Assembly: GCF_963921235.1 (NCBI RefSeq)
Contig: NC_086107.1
Span: forward strand, 112,718,001 to 112,782,000
DNA: 64,000 nucleotides
DNA from: Mobula hypostoma
Lineage: Eukaryota
Direction: 5' to 3'
In this document: piece after piece, positions 61,036 to 64,000 of the stretch
Numbering within the stretch: position 1 is the stretch's first letter
Layout of the letters: every line of letters begins with the position of its first letter
Program-made: the position numbers and the translations under genes
Notes under the pieces: model-generated
Told to the model about the DNA's origin: nothing
Databases searched by the model: none
The model's input: the letters and a program-made list of their open reading frames with translations, nothing else

Positions 61036-62603
61036 GTTAACAAAGAATGGTTAGCCTGGGTTTTGTTCTCATGATCAGATCTGATCCCAGTAAAGGACAA
61101 TATTACTTAACTGGGAGTATGTTTCAGGAGCTTCGAGGGAAGGCGGAGTCGCAAGTAACAGGGAAATGCATCTTTCCCCCCCAGACGTTCTTCCACCTTC
61201 TGCAGGTTTAATGCTAAACATGCTGAGATCAGGTTCTTGCTGCAGAGGTGAGAGGCTTAGATTAACAATCCTTTGATTAGCTTTCAGCTGCGCAACAAGC
61301 AACCTAGAGCACACACTGAGAATTTTGCCTGGAGTGGTGTGGTGCATGTTTCACAGTAATGACAAGGCTGGAGTTTTATTCACATCCTTTGTTCTCTTGT
61401 ATTTCCCTTGCAGGTTACATTTTGACAAGCATTTGTTTCCAAGGTCACAGCAACTCCATTAGTTATTGGTCCAAAGCACTTGACAGTGAACATTCAACAT
61501 GGTTTCCCTACACCCCCCACCCACCCCCCAGGAGCGTACTGGTGCTATCGTTAGAAATCAGTCTTTGCAAAGGAATAAGCTTCCTCCATTTCGCACAGCA
61601 CCCACTAAGAAGCCCCACTGCCACGTTATCCAGTTGCTCGAGTTAGTTTTATGTACAGGCATTAGGCAGATGGGATCCTCTTTATTAGCAGAGAAGTTAA
61701 AGCTAATCTAGGGTTGCACAGCACAAGTTTGCCCACCATTTACAAGACAATGCCACTGAAGTAGCAAGCTGAAAGAAGTGGAGGCAGGGGTTAACGAGCA
61801 AGCCAATCCTAATGTCCCCAAAAAATGTAGGAAATGTCAAGTAGAGCCAGGAGCAGAGAGGGATGAGAAGTTAGAAACTTAGCCTTTTGAATGGGGGAAT
61901 TGTTCATTGTGCATTTTGCCTTCCTGCTCCATCTCCCTCTGTCAAAGACACTATATTAGATTAATTTTATCTAGTGCGAATCCAAGTGTTGTGCCTGGGA
62001 TCTTCCAGACTCTGAACTGTTTCAAAAATGATCGCTGGTAATAAAAGCAGGCTTAGTGGGGAAAAAAGAACAACTCAGTCCATTGTCACATTTCATTCCC
62101 ATAATATTAAGTATTCATGCATAACAGCAAGCACTGTGGAACTCATGCTGGCTGCCAGTAGAGAGAAAGAGAGACAGAGAGAGAGGGGGGCAAAAAAGTG
62201 TAAGCGTCTGTAGAATGGGATTTGCAGGTGACGATGACAAGGGGCAGTAGTTGCATAGAGCAGAGTGTTTTCAAAAACTACTAACGGATGATGCGCGTTT
62301 CAGAGGGAGGAGCAGAAGGGAACAGTTTCAGGAAGTTCCAGTCTTTTTGCATGTACAATACCTTAAGCAAAAGGTTAAATAAAAAAAATGCCCACCCATT
62401 AACTTTCGATGGTGACATTGAAACAGCAAATTTAACATAAGAGACCACTGACTAACTTGGTCGTACAGGTATTTCTATCCAGCTCTAAGAAAGAGTTATA
62501 TACAGATACATTTTACAATTACTTCATACATTTTTTTTAATATAAGAAATGACTATATCGATTAACAGCGAGATGGGACATCAAGTCTTTTGGTATTCGG
62601 GCA

Positions 62604-62620
62604 TCACCTCCTTTTGAGGT
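62604..62620 (-). CDS. Putative short terminal coding exon of an unidentified convergent gene (x-LKRR*)
   Basis: Strong minus-strand acceptor CCTCACCATTTTCACTTTCTCGCTGTCTTTACAG, then AC CTC AAA AGG AGG TGA, followed by ~1.5 kb of repeat-free, U-rich 3'UTR-like sequence. Reading frame is assumed. Confidence 0.35.
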
Positions 62621-64000
62621 CTGTAAAGACAGCGAGAAAGTGAAAATGGTGAGGCACCCTGCATCTACTGGACACCGTCTGCTCAGAATCCTCCCGTTCT
62701 CTGACAGCAGTCACTCCCCACTGGAGATTAGGCATTAAGCAGTATAGCCTGCCTATATCTCCATTGACAACCTTGTTAGGACATTCAGCTGTGGGGTAGT
62801 GGGAGTCACCAAGCACTTCAAAAGGGGCACACTGCCCAATCCCCATTTCTGAAGGGAGCTGCCATCTTGTCACATCCTGGTCTGTACCTGGGTCGCCGCA
62901 GTACAGTGTGCATACAGGAGCAGGGAGGAGCCATCATTCTCACTCTGAGATTAATGATCATCTGACTCTCCCTGCTTCAGCAAAGATTTACAATCTTTAA
63001 ATGCCCCTCATCACCTTGACTGAGATGTACCACAGGACGCAGTTATGCCAGGGGGTCACGTCGACTTCACTGTAGCCTGATGCCAACTCTGCCCACCTAC
63101 TGCACAGTCTGATGCCTCGTGTACCAAAGAACTTTCCAAATCCCTCCACAATAGCAACAGAAGGAAAACCTCCACAAAACAATCACGTAAACATATACTG
63201 TAGTTAAGAGGACGTCACATGATACTTGAAGATTTCACTGGACGTGGCATGGATATAAGACCTTCATGCACCCGTGCACACACACGTACGCACACTCACT
63301 CCCAGACTCACACAGACACAGTATAGTGTAAGAGATCGATTACATGGAGGAGACTTTAGAACTGTTGAGACAGTAAACCACATAGTCGTTTCGACACAGT
63401 CTCCTTGCTTGTGCGTAGTGTGAGGCGGTACATCTGTGGATGAAGAGAGAGAAAGAGAGAGAAGTGAGAGGTTACAGAGCAAAGCAGTTCCAGCCAGCAA
63501 CTCCTAACCATGGGGGAACAGGACAAAGGTGGTCGTGCAGTATAAACCCACTAAAAATGTCAGGGCAATGGGCACTCCTCACCCACTGAAACCCATCCAC
63601 TGGGGTCCTCATTTTTACCCAACACCTATTCTAACATAAAGATAAACAGTCTCTCAATCTACCTCATCACGGGCTTTGCATTTTGTTACTTTCTCCGCAA
63701 CTATAAAACTATTAGCTTCTCTTTCTATTCCTGCTTTGGTTCTAGCTCAGCGTATTTCAAAATGGAACGATTTGTCTTGTCTTAAAGACAACATTAGCTT
63801 CATTTGTTACATGTGCATCGAAAGAGTGAAATGCTCCATTTGCATCAACATCAACAGCCACAGCCTGGGGGCAGCCCGCAGGCATTGCCACGCTTCCAGC
63901 ACCAACAGAGCATGCCCACAACTCACTAACCCCTATGTGTACGTCTTGGGAACGTAGAAGGATACTGGAACATCCGGAGGAAACTTGCACAGTCACAGGG

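Noticed and set aside
52000..64000. AP2A1 or MED25 exons expected from human FUZ synteny
   Set aside because: I found no translation resembling these proteins in this interval.

Overview
Vertebrate genomic DNA, not prokaryotic. The repeat inventory (CR1 LINEs, Penelope-like elements, tRNA-derived SINEs) suggests a cartilaginous fish, probably a ray; this is an inference. The host gene is FUZ (fuzzy planar cell polarity effector) on the + strand. Ten coding exons, numbered 2-11 by analogy to human FUZ, were read by hand from 3441 to 50548. All have AG/GT boundaries with consistent phases and join into 1164 nt (387 aa + stop); exon 1 is presumably upstream of the window. The introns are packed with mobile elements: young near-identical CR1 copies in both orientations, one near-full-length CR1 with an esterase ORF1, nested CR1 and Penelope insertions, Penelope elements with minimal hammerhead ribozyme motifs, Rex1/Babar-like, L1 and RTE-related elements, SINEs, a solo LTR, Tc1 deletion derivatives and hAT MITEs. 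A possible terminal exon of an unidentified convergent gene lies near 62.6 kb on the - strand. I cannot demonstrate a new biological system. The strongest leads are inverted CR1 pairs bracketing FUZ exons (possible exon skipping, circRNA or editing), intronic hammerhead ribozymes and palindromic Penelope derivatives, a short RTE-type insert recalling marsupial RTE SINEs, and a composite element bounded by two mini-palindromes.
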